A stretch of DNA of 32,000 bases, taken from contig JBHLMI010000024.1 in the NCBI GenBank assembly GCA_048938295.1, positions 1-32,000 on the forward strand, given 5' to 3'. The stretch is from Promethearchaeota archaeon (GTDB lineage: Archaea > Asgardarchaeota > Hermodarchaeia > Hermodarchaeales > Hermodarchaeaceae). The notes under the pieces were generated by a model that did no database searches, was not told the DNA's origin, and saw only the letters and a program-made list of their open reading frames with translations. Made by a program: the position numbers and the translations under genes. This document shows, piece after piece, positions 1 through 8,586 of this stretch (position 1 is the first letter of the stretch; the number at the start of each line of letters is the position of its first letter).

Positions 1-163
1 TGGAATCGATATTGTTTATCGAAGCAACTAAAATTATGGTTTAATACTACTGAATTGAGAGAGTTAAGAAACACAAACGACGACAATGCTGGATTTAAGT
101 AAAAATAACAATAAGTTATAAAAAACGAAAATTAGTATTTGTTTTGTTAGGGAAGTGGGATAA

Positions 164-967
164 ATGGATCTTATCGGAAACTATGAAGAAAAGGCGTTTC
201 CAAAAATACGTGAAATAATCGTTGACACACAAATACATAGCCAGAAAAGACATCATGTAAAAGGATTGATCGAACTTGATGTAACCAAAGGACGAGAAAT
301 TCTTAGAAAACATAGGGAAAAAACCGGAGAAACATGGTCCTTTACTGGCTGGATAATGAAATGCCTAGGACAAGCAGTAAATGAACACAAGCATGTTCAA
401 GCTATGAGAAAAGGAAAAAAGATTGTGATTTTTGAGGATGTAGACGTTTCTGTTATGGTAGAAAGAGAAATTGATGGCAAAGTGTATCCAATTGTATTCA
501 TAATCAGAAAGACAAACGAGAAGAGTTTTAGAGAGATTCATGATGAAATTCGAAATGCCCAAATAGAAACAGAGGAGGACTATGTTAAAAAAGAAGAAAT
601 GCGTCAAACAGGAAGACTTCTGTCTTTGCCAAAGTTTCTGAGAAACTTCTTTTTCTGGCGAAAGGTGAGGAAGGATCCATTCTTTTTCAAGCAACATATG
701 GGCACAGTAATGGCTACATCGATTGGAATGTTTGGGCGAGATGCTAGGACAGCCTTTGGGATTAGTACAGCGCTTCACCCGCTTTCGGTTATCTTAGGTG
801 GGATAGCAAAGAAACCTGGAGTAATCAGGAATAAGATTGAAATTCGTGAATATCTATGCATGACAATTTTAGTTGATCATGATGTTGTTGATGGAGCACC
901 TGCAGCGCGATTCATTTCACGATTGGTTGAGCTAGTAGAGAATGGATTTGGACTAATTGAAGAGTAA
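164..967 (+). CDS. 2-oxoacid dehydrogenase E2-type acyltransferase, catalytic domain only
   Basis: C-terminal DHxxxDG catalytic motif (VDHDVVDGAPAARF); N-terminal R..I...H...L.E.DVT pattern of the E2 core; no lipoyl or E3-binding domain. Confidence 0.85.
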   Translation: MDLIGNYEEKAFPKIREIIVDTQIHSQKRHHVKGLIELDVTKGREILRKHREKTGETWSFTGWIMKCLGQAVNEHKHVQAMRKGKKIVIFEDVDVSVMVEREIDGKVYPIVFIIRKTNEKSFREIHDEIRNAQIETEEDYVKKEEMRQTGRLLSLPKFLRNFFFWRKVRKDPFFFKQHMGTVMATSIGMFGRDARTAFGISTALHPLSVILGGIAKKPGVIRNKIEIREYLCMTILVDHDVVDGAPAARFISRLVELVENGFGLIEE

Positions 968-1040
968 TCACTACGCCTTTGTAGGCTTTTATTCGGATAA
1001 GAAATACACATCTTAAAACTCTAGGATATGAATAAGTTAA

Positions 1041-1100
1041 CTTAATACATGTTAGATACACTCATACTAACCCCATGACGAAAAAGCTAGGACGTGTTCT
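1041..1100 (+). repeat. Copy 1 of a 49-60 bp direct repeat
   Basis: 1041-1089 CTTAATACATGTTAGATACACTCATACTAACCCCATGACGAAAAAGCTA matches 1776-1824 at 37/49 positions without gaps. Confidence 0.8.
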
Positions 1101-1260
1101 TCCCATTCGTACATGTATTTTCAAAAAAATAAGATCCTCAATACAAGAATGGCACTCATTAGAGTTTCGAGAAACCCAGATTCCCATTGATACTTTTAAT
1201 AACACATTAATTCTTATTATCGTAAAATCAGAAATTGCAACCTACGTTGGGGTGTTGTAA

Positions 1261-1737
1261 GTGCAAGATGTGTTAGCAACGGTTTCTGTGATTATTGCTT
1301 CAGTAAGCGTAACAGTTGGTATAATCTACTATTTCTTGATTTTGCGTGGTACTCGTAAACGTGAAAAGATTGACACAATAATGAGAATTTATCGAACCTA
1401 TAATAACAAAGAATTTCACGAGGCAGATTTATTATTACTTTCAGCGGAGTTCAAAGACTTTAACGATTTTGTGAAGAAATATGGCGATCCTAGGGGACGA
1501 GAACCAATCCACCTTGCCCTACGACAGGTCAGCAGTGCCTTTAACCTGCTTGGACTTTTTCTATATAATAAGCTCATTGATATTGGTATGGTTCAAAGTA
1601 TCTTTGAGGTTGAAAGACATTGGGAAAAAGTCAAACCAATTATAGAGGCTGCACGGAAGGAATTAAACGACCCGACATATCTAATGTATTTTGAATACCT
1701 ATACGAAGAATGGATAGCCTTTACGCAAAAGAAATAG
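1261..1737 (+). CDS. DUF4760-like protein with N-terminal TM helix
   Basis: GTG start; hydrophobic N-terminal helix followed by the helical domain pattern ..F..LG....KLID...V.......W.K.KP.I...R......Y..FEYL, recognised by eye. Confidence 0.7.
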   Translation: MQDVLATVSVIIASVSVTVGIIYYFLILRGTRKREKIDTIMRIYRTYNNKEFHEADLLLLSAEFKDFNDFVKKYGDPRGREPIHLALRQVSSAFNLLGLFLYNKLIDIGMVQSIFEVERHWEKVKPIIEAARKELNDPTYLMYFEYLYEEWIAFTQKK

Positions 1738-1775
1738 GTCTTGTTATTTTGATGTCTAGTGTTAAACAGTTAGGG

Positions 1776-1841
1776 CTTAACACGTGTTAGAAACACTCAT
1801 CTCATCACATTGACAGAAAAGCTAACACAGGTTAGAAACAC
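1776..1841 (+). repeat. Copy 2 of the direct repeat plus a tandem second core
   Basis: Contains the perfect palindrome TAACACGTGTTA (1778-1789) and, 45 bp later, GCTAACACAGGTTAGAAACAC (1821-1841). Confidence 0.8.
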
Positions 1842-1864
1842 TTTCCTGTGAGTTTCCGTGTATA

Positions 1865-1913
1865 AGTGCTAGCACGCAATAAAATTGCCAAGCTTTATTG
1901 CGTGTTAGTCACT
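1865..1913. repeat. Imperfect inverted repeat (hairpin) with CTAGCAC / GTGTTAG arms
   Basis: CTAGCACGCAATAAA (1869-1883) pairs with TTTATTGCGTGTTAG (1894-1908) with one G:T; AGTG (1865-1868) pairs with CACT (1910-1913) across a bulged T1909; 10-nt loop. Confidence 0.85.
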
Positions 1914-2123
1914 GTATCTTAACATGTGGTCGTTCTGGGATAAAAAGACCCTCTTTTTCCATTCGAGATCTGCGATGAGTTTAGTGGTAAAAATGGTAGC
2001 ATGAAATGCAAGAGTATTAAAACAGAACCGAAAGAACTAATCAGAATTACAAAGGCGGTTTAATGGTTATTTCTATTGCCGTTGCTTTCAGTCTATGGTA
2101 TTGGTAGTGTATAGGGTGAAGAA

Positions 2124-2327
2124 TTAATCCGTATCAGTCCATCTAAAAAATACGGCTAATCCGTGAGCAGCAATTCCAATTCCCCATCCCAGCAGTGGGA
2201 AAATGAACCATGGAAATCCAAGCGTAATGAAAAACCAAATTGAAAAAAGCAAAATATTTACCATTACGTAAATGAAAAGATGAATGTAAAAACCACCAAC
2301 TGTTTTAGCTCTTCCTTTTGAACTCAT
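2124..2327 (-). CDS. 2TM domain protein
   Basis: GFYIHLFIYVMVN...WFIFPLLGWGIGIAAH matches the 2TM family pattern (F..H...Y..VN...W......GWG.G...H). Confidence 0.8.
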   Translation of the reverse strand: MSSKGRAKTVGGFYIHLFIYVMVNILLFSIWFFITLGFPWFIFPLLGWGIGIAAHGLAVFFRWTDTD

Positions 2328-2818
2328 GAAAATTCAAACTCCTAAAAATTTGTTACGCTATAATTTATAATCTCCTAATATAACTTTCGATTAACTGGGT
2401 GTTTTGTCGATATGAATTTTCAATTCTTGCGAGATAACATTAAAAAACGTTTCACTCGTTCTTGGAATCTTTGAGCCTGTCAAATAAATGGAAAACATTA
2501 TCTGTCATATTCTCAAGCTAAAAACAGATTCACCAGGTTCTGGCTCTCCATTGTCAACCAAGGGGAATCTCGAGCTTTTTTTGTATCATTTATGAGATTC
2601 GGGTTGAGAAGGAATTCTTCAAGTAATTGTGCTTCGATCATAGCACAGTGAAACATAATCACTGAGTGTTTAAAGTGTATACATTTGGTGTTCAAATTTT
2701 CCAAACTACGGTTTTCCATTGATAAGAAACACTTTTGCCTTCTTCTATGCAGTATATACTTGGGTAGGGCACGGCGATTCGGACCGTTTACCCAGCTGTG
2801 GAGAGCTTGAGCACTGAA

Positions 2819-3151
2819 ATGTATGCTGCGAAAATTCGGGGCTACGTTCAAGAAGCACGGAAAAAGAAAGTCAAACAGGATTATTTTACAGCGGGTTTGC
2901 TTTATCAACGTGCAGCGAAACTCGCGCAAAAGATCAATCGGTCACCACAGAGATATGAAGCCGAAGCGCTGGCCTGTTTTGAAATGCAGTTGCAGAGCAG
3001 CTTGGGTGATGATGACTTTTCAAAAGCGGCTGATACCCTTGAAAAGATTGCAAAGATGTACGATGCAAGTGGAGACACCCAACTCGGTGCGGAGTTACGG
3101 CTCCAGGCGAGTTACTTGCGGCTAAGGGGCATTGAAGCATTGGTTAATTAG
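2819..3151 (+). CDS. Small alpha-helical TPR/SNAP-like repeat protein
   Basis: Two helical-hairpin motifs (YFTAGLLYQRAAKL; FSKAADTLEKIAKMY); ATG at 2819 chosen over the GTG at 2798. Confidence 0.6.
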   Translation: MYAAKIRGYVQEARKKKVKQDYFTAGLLYQRAAKLAQKINRSPQRYEAEALACFEMQLQSSLGDDDFSKAADTLEKIAKMYDASGDTQLGAELRLQASYLRLRGIEALVN

Positions 3152-3170
3152 GTTTGAAGGAAAACCGACG

Positions 3171-3785
3171 TCAATCTCCACTGCGTTCACCTATTACAAC
3201 GAGGAAAATCAACGCAAGTCCGATTGCAACCAAAACATCACATACTTGATGAAGAAAAAGACTCTCAATGATGATGACCCCAAATAGGCTTACGAAACAG
3301 GGGATACCCATCCCAAAATTTGAACACTGAAGCTGAGAAAAAAATGCGTAATTCATTAGGCTAATGGCAATTCCTAACCATAGAAGACCAACAAGGCCCA
3401 GTATCACCAGAACTGGGGTTTTGCTTAGCCATTTTCTGAGATGTCTAAAAATGCGGAACCATTGGACAGAATCTTCTTGTGACTCTGTTTGAGAGCGTCG
3501 ATGAAGAAGAAGTGTTAGTCCCATGAGAATCATCCCGAACACAAACAAAAGGATTCCCAGATAATGCCACATATCAGGAAAGATTCGGAAATAAGGAAAC
3601 AGCGACCATTGGACAACTACCCCGTAACGTAAAGCAAAGATGGCTTCGTCAAGGCAAACCCAAACAGCGAAACTGATTATGAAAAATGGAATGAAGGCCA
3701 CGGTATAAAATAGCCAATCCGGCCCAATCGTCAGAGCTTGTTGAATCCATCGATGTCTCCGTTGCTCCTGCTGTTCCACCCTCAA
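3171..3785 (-). CDS. 4-TM membrane protein with an internal 2-TM repeat
   Basis: Four hydrophobic segments; TTG start overlaps the TGA of the upstream paralog (TTGA at 3785-3782). Confidence 0.7.
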   Translation of the reverse strand: MRVEQQEQRRHRWIQQALTIGPDWLFYTVAFIPFFIISFAVWVCLDEAIFALRYGVVVQWSLFPYFRIFPDMWHYLGILLFVFGMILMGLTLLLHRRSQTESQEDSVQWFRIFRHLRKWLSKTPVLVILGLVGLLWLGIAISLMNYAFFSQLQCSNFGMGIPCFVSLFGVIIIESLFLHQVCDVLVAIGLALIFLVVIGERSGD

Positions 3786-4408
3786 CTCAGCCTCCCCTGT
3801 TGTGATAAAAGCCCTGAAACAACCTTAATTGCATTTATTGAAGCGATGATGATGAGACCGTAAATCACTAAGAAGTTCCCAGCCACATGAAGGAGTAAGG
3901 GAGAGATTTCAAAAGTTAAAAACACATAGCTATTGGTTAGCAGAGTGCCTTTCAAATACTCGCCTTGATAGAGGTAGGCTTGATGCATACAAAACCAAAC
4001 ACCCATACTTGCAAGGAATAAACCCATAAAGCCTAAAATTTTGAAAAGATCCGAGTGGCATAAGAAATGCACAAGCCGGCTCCGAAATCTTTGAGAGGTA
4101 ACAACCGTTTTTTCTGAAATTACCAGCGTCAAGGTAATGGGCAAATACATGACTACAAGGCCGACGGAGGCTAAGATAATGCCAATGTCATGCAGCTGAG
4201 CTAGATTAAATGCGGGAAAGAAGATTCCCAATTCAGGAGGTAGAAACTGACCAAAATAGAGTACCATAAAAGCTTGATCTAGAAACCCTCTCACGCTTAT
4301 GAAAACTAGTAGGAACGCAAAGATACTCACCCCAATAAAGACAATGAGAAGTTTGCGTTTTGAACGAATTCGCTGTGCATGCAATGAAGTATCTTGCAGG
4401 GTAAACAC
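3782..4408 (-). CDS. 4-TM membrane protein, paralog of 3171-3785
   Basis: Four hydrophobic segments; shares the (L/M)xxA...HxxGxxLxxxG repeat pattern with its neighbour. Confidence 0.7.
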   Translation of the reverse strand: MFTLQDTSLHAQRIRSKRKLLIVFIGVSIFAFLLVFISVRGFLDQAFMVLYFGQFLPPELGIFFPAFNLAQLHDIGIILASVGLVVMYLPITLTLVISEKTVVTSQRFRSRLVHFLCHSDLFKILGFMGLFLASMGVWFCMHQAYLYQGEYLKGTLLTNSYVFLTFEISPLLLHVAGNFLVIYGLIIIASINAIKVVSGLLSQQGRLS

Positions 4409-4419
4409 GCTCTTTCATT

Positions 4420-4850
4420 CTAGCCTTTCGTAGATTGTGTAATCAGCTTGTTAATAAGCTACTTCGTCAACCATCCGGAAACCACGGCTTCAGCAAGATC
4501 TAAGCATTGAAGTAAAGTCGCAGGTGTATTATGAGTAGGTTTTCATAGATGATGACTTCAGCCTGTTTCGATTGGATGCGCTGACTATCTTTCAGAGTAC
4601 CATTGATAAGGAATTCTTCAAAGGTATCTCCTTCAACTATAATCACTATTGGATCAAAGGTAATGGATTGTAGATACTAAAGCATCCAATCCAACCACTT
4701 ACAAGCGCCTTCATGACAATGAAGTGTTACTCCCAGAAGCTCGATGGTTCACTTCTCGTGGAAGAATGGAATAATCTGGCTGATGTCTCGGGTTTCGATG
4801 ACATCATCGAAGTCTTTTGCAGCTTTGAGAATTTCATCCTTCGTTTGCAT
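4420..4850 (-). pseudogene. NTF2/SnoaL-like protein pseudogene (not in the ORF track)
   Basis: Manual translation: MQTKDEILKAAKDFDDVIETRDISQIIPFFHEK*TIELLGVTLHCHEGACKWLDWML*YLQSITFDPIVIIVEGDTFEEFLINGTLKDSQRIQSKQAEVIIYENLLIIHLRLYF, then a frameshift near 4505 to LDLAEAVVSGWLTK*LINKLITQSTKG*. Stops at 4751-4749 (TGA) and 4679-4677 (TAG), plus one after the frameshift. Confidence 0.75.
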
Positions 4851-4937
4851 ACGTCATCGCCCAATATGGACAACAGTATTACCATACTAATAGACGGCTA
4901 GTGACAATAGCATTATTGCATAGCAATCCTAAGTCAG

Positions 4938-5612
4938 TTATGATTTAACGGCAACAACTGTTGACACTAGCAAGCCGAACATTGATTGTACTTGTTCCTG
5001 CTGTAGCTCGAATCCAGCCTGAATTAGTTCTTGCCCGGCTTGAATTGGGCGACAATCCACCCACTGAGGAAACCTCTCGTGAATCCACTCATAAAGGCGT
5101 TCAATCCGGGAACATTGTTTAGACTTAAGCAATGAAACGATACAGATATGCCCTCGGGGTTTGAGTACGCGATAGCATTCTCTTAGAACCAGAGGAATGT
5201 CTTCTGTATCGAAGAGTTCCAAGGTGAAACTCATGAACAGAGCGTCAAATGTTGCCGCTTCAAAGGGCAATTTCAGAGCATCTCCACAATGCAATGAAAC
5301 TCGATCTAATAGGTTCTCTTGGTGTATTCGTAAACGAGTAATGGCACACATTCGGTCTGAGATATCTATCCCACTCACATGTCCATTTTCCCCAACGGCT
5401 TTCGCTAGCTGCAAGATTCCATGGCCAGTTCCAAATCCAATCTCTATTGCAGATTCACCTGGTTGGACATTCAGCATCTGCAATCCCTTCATAGCATAAG
5501 GTCTTTCGAATTGCCCTCCCATGAAGTCATAAAAGAGGGCATAGCGATTATATGCTATACGAGCTGCTTGTCGCGGACGAGTGACCCGACTAATTGCTAT
5601 TGGACCTGACAT
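4938..5612 (-). CDS. Class I SAM-dependent methyltransferase (UbiE-like)
   Basis: Motif I EIGFGTG, GIDIS, GDALKLPF...FD, RVLKPRG. Confidence 0.9.
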   Translation of the reverse strand: MSGPIAISRVTRPRQAARIAYNRYALFYDFMGGQFERPYAMKGLQMLNVQPGESAIEIGFGTGHGILQLAKAVGENGHVSGIDISDRMCAITRLRIHQENLLDRVSLHCGDALKLPFEAATFDALFMSFTLELFDTEDIPLVLRECYRVLKPRGHICIVSLLKSKQCSRIERLYEWIHERFPQWVDCRPIQAGQELIQAGFELQQEQVQSMFGLLVSTVVAVKS

Positions 5613-5717
5613 ACCTTAACCGAATCCCGTAGTGATGCGAAGGTAAAAAGTCCTTCTATTTGTTTCACCTCACAGAGCGTGAGAAGGATTCTGGATATTC
5701 CACTATGCCATGTGGGG

Positions 5718-7121
5718 CTAGTTACTTTGGCGTCGTCGAAGAAGCAAAACAACTACAATGATAACGATTACTATGACGACGACGGCGACGATGAGAAGCC
5801 ACTCTAATGGAAGCGGGAATATTGGAGCCAGGAATAGGCCCTGTCGAGCGAAGTAGATGTCATGATTCACCCCGTTACGTCCATCGGTCCAGACAATGCA
5901 CATCTCGCCATTCGGAGCTGCCCGCATGGTAAAGTAATCGCCTGGTCGATCAAACGTCAACGGAAATCCGACTTCGGTGATTCGCTCATCATCGGAAAAC
6001 GACGAACCACCGTCGGTGGAGTAACTATAGTAAATGTCGTATTGCCCGCGTCGAGTATCAAGCCAAGCGACGTGGATTGTATCGTCTTGGTCAATGAACA
6101 TTTCGACCATTCGCTGATTTCCAGTAATGCCACCATTATAATCATTGACTTGCTGTGGCGAGTTCCAAGTATTCCCACCATCAGTTGATTTGATGACATA
6201 AATCTCCTTATTATCAGTTAATCCCGCAGCATAGGCAACATAGACGTTTTGTGAACTATCCGTATTTACAACAGTGATTAAATCAACCTCGGTATATGTT
6301 GGACCCACCCTGATACTTGGTGTCCAAGTCACTCCTCGATCACTGGAACGCGTCAAGAAGATCTGACTACTAGGTGCCTCATCAGTGGTTCCATTGATGT
6401 AGGTTATAAACAGCGTATCGTTTGAAGAACAATGAATGTAAGGGATTGAAACTTCAGCGGGAATACTGGTAGGCGAAAAGGTCGCCCCGCCATCGGTGGA
6501 ATTGGTCAAGCGAAGGTCAGCACCTATAATATGGTATGTCGAGTTTAGAGTAAAGTGATCCCAGACAATGTAGAGATTGCCATCCGAATCGATGCAAGCT
6601 GTTTCCTTGTCATCAAATTCTGGAGTATCAGCAGCGTTGACTGGGTCCGCCCATGTCTCACCACCATCGGTTGTTTTTGCTACCCCAACACCTTCAGGCG
6701 GGTAGTTCTGGGCAATATCGTTGAACTCGATCCACACGAAATACGCATTATCATCAGCGTCGGCGACGAGCCAGGGATCAGATTGAGCGTTATTAGATGA
6801 TATTCGCGTCATGAGTATGTTCGGTGTATACGTAATGCCACCATCTGTGGAATAGGCAAAACCGACCCGACGCCCGGGTCCGTTATGTGAATCAGCCTCC
6901 TTCCACCCAACCAGAATTCGACCATCACTCAGGATGACCATAGTAGGCTCAACTTGATCTGTATATGGAGATAAGCCATCAGTAACGCGGATGTTTGTTC
7001 CAAATTCTGTACTGCCATTTTGAGCAAACACTCGCTGAGGTTGTGCAAACAGAGTAAAAGGGAAGACAATACATTGTGACATTAACAAAAGTGCCAATAG
7101 AAAGGTGTTCGATACTTTCAT
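5718..7121 (-). CDS. Secreted Asp-box (BNR/sialidase-fold) beta-propeller protein with C-terminal TM anchor
   Basis: Signal peptide; six Asp-boxes (STDGGITY, TTDGGETW, STDGGATF, SSDRGVTW, STDGGNTW, STDGGSSF); C-terminal hydrophobic helix plus RRRQ. ATG at 7121 preferred over GTG at 7130. Confidence 0.85.
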   Translation of the reverse strand: MKVSNTFLLALLLMSQCIVFPFTLFAQPQRVFAQNGSTEFGTNIRVTDGLSPYTDQVEPTMVILSDGRILVGWKEADSHNGPGRRVGFAYSTDGGITYTPNILMTRISSNNAQSDPWLVADADDNAYFVWIEFNDIAQNYPPEGVGVAKTTDGGETWADPVNAADTPEFDDKETACIDSDGNLYIVWDHFTLNSTYHIIGADLRLTNSTDGGATFSPTSIPAEVSIPYIHCSSNDTLFITYINGTTDEAPSSQIFLTRSSDRGVTWTPSIRVGPTYTEVDLITVVNTDSSQNVYVAYAAGLTDNKEIYVIKSTDGGNTWNSPQQVNDYNGGITGNQRMVEMFIDQDDTIHVAWLDTRRGQYDIYYSYSTDGGSSFSDDERITEVGFPLTFDRPGDYFTMRAAPNGEMCIVWTDGRNGVNHDIYFARQGLFLAPIFPLPLEWLLIVAVVVIVIVIIVVVLLLRRRQSN

Positions 7122-7308
7122 CGCTACCACTTATCCTTACCTTAGCAGCTAATATCCCCTTGAGACTGTGGTAAAATAATCATGGGAACCGGCAAGTTCA
7201 GTTTTCGTCCGCTACTTCTCGGAAGGACGACAGACTTAAGAAGCCGCTTTGAAATCGTTCTATGAATTACTCGAGACGAGTAGTTCCGGAAATATCGAGG
7301 TTACACAT

Positions 7309-8478
7309 ATGCGAATTAATCGTAATATTGTAGTCCTTATTGCGCTCTGTACTTTGCTTCTTCCTTTCGTTTCAACTTGGTTTTCAGGATTTCAAGTGGA
7401 TACACCAATTTCAGTGGCCGCATTACCTGCCCCCACCGTAACACCTCGGATTCTATACTACACTGAATTCGCTGACAATGGACCCGGAGGCGAAGCAGAA
7501 AATGTCTGGGCTGCTATCAATGCCACCCATGGAACTGACTATCTTCGAACCAACCTCACATCTTACATGGATGCTGCTGCTGAACTGCCAAACCATGACA
7601 TCTTCCTCATCATCGAACAAGAGTTAATCACTGCTCAGAATATCACCGATGTTGCTACTGCTTGGCAGACCCCGCTCGATGATTTTCTCGCTGATGGCGG
7701 TATTGTTCTCCTTATGACATACTATTCCTTTGGAATCACAGATTATGGTGGTACTGCCCAAATTCTCAATGAAACTGGTCATTTCTCCTTTAGTGCTGCT
7801 TATACTGAAACGTCAAATCTTATCATCATCAATGATCCATCAGATCCTCTTGCTGATGGAATTTCTTCGTACGCTGGACCTGATGGCACACTAGGGTTTG
7901 TTACTTCTGAAACCACAGTCGTCGCCTCAGGTGACTTATCAGGGTATGGTGTCGTATTTCACAAACAAGTGGGTGTTGGTCATCTGGCTGTGATGGGATT
8001 CGATTGCTATACTCGTGCCACAGAAACTGACGAAATCTTAGGCAATGCCATCCGATTGTATCAACCACCCTCTGCCCCAGTTCTCGCTGATCCCGGTGCG
8101 ACTATCGCAGGCTTTCAAGTACCGCTGAATTGGACTGCTGCAACCGACTCCGACGGAGTCATAGTTGAATATGAAGTCCAAGCTAGCGCGGACGCAGGCT
8201 TTGCAATTATCGGCCAAAGTGCCTCTGTCACAACACTGTCCCACACTTTCCTCTTTCTGTCAAACGACACCTATTACTTCCGTGTTCGAGCTATTGACAA
8301 CAATACGCTGATAGGTCCGTGGAGTAATGTCGTCAGCACATATGTCGAAATACCACCGATTACCCTCCCCTTTGGCATTCCAGGTTTCCCCATTGAAGCA
8401 ATAGTGCTAGGATTACTTCTTTCACTTGGTGCAATATTCGTATTGCGCCACCGTAAACAACGGCAGGTATCCTCCTAA
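7309..8478 (+). CDS. Cell-surface protein with FN3 domain and PGF-type C-terminal anchor
   Basis: Signal peptide from ATG 7309; FN3 pattern (LNWTAATD...YEVQ...YYFRVRAIDN...GPWS); ends GIPGFPIEA + TM + RHRKQR. Confidence 0.8.
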   Translation: MRINRNIVVLIALCTLLLPFVSTWFSGFQVDTPISVAALPAPTVTPRILYYTEFADNGPGGEAENVWAAINATHGTDYLRTNLTSYMDAAAELPNHDIFLIIEQELITAQNITDVATAWQTPLDDFLADGGIVLLMTYYSFGITDYGGTAQILNETGHFSFSAAYTETSNLIIINDPSDPLADGISSYAGPDGTLGFVTSETTVVASGDLSGYGVVFHKQVGVGHLAVMGFDCYTRATETDEILGNAIRLYQPPSAPVLADPGATIAGFQVPLNWTAATDSDGVIVEYEVQASADAGFAIIGQSASVTTLSHTFLFLSNDTYYFRVRAIDNNTLIGPWSNVVSTYVEIPPITLPFGIPGFPIEAIVLGLLLSLGAIFVLRHRKQRQVSS

Positions 8479-8503
8479 GGAGATACCTCCCCTCCTTCTT
8501 TTT
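8477..8503 (+). terminator. Possible terminator hairpin followed by a T-run
   Basis: AAGGAG (8477-8482) / CTCCTT (8492-8497) inverted repeat, then CTTTTT, between convergent genes. Confidence 0.3.
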
Positions 8504-8586
8504 CCTACTAATTCATACTCAAAACTTAATGTGTTGAAATCACTAGCAGATTTATCCTTCGCCCAACAGACACCTATTCGAATGAA

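Noticed and set aside
1075-1260. 61-aa ORF between the repeat and the DUF4760-like gene
   Set aside because: Starts inside the repeat and has no protein-like features.
1776-1930. CRISPR mini-array (reverse strand begins GTGTTTC; about 45-50 bp period)
   Set aside because: Repeats are short and too divergent, one spacer is itself a hairpin, and there are no cas genes in the window.
2513-2929. 138-aa minus-strand ORF
   Set aside because: Overlaps the TPR-like gene and has no recognisable motif; a short hypothetical in its 3' half cannot be excluded.
4677-4751. Selenocysteine/pyrrolysine read-through of TGA and TAG in the NTF2-like frame
   Set aside because: The same frame also has a frameshift and a further stop; simple decay is more parsimonious.
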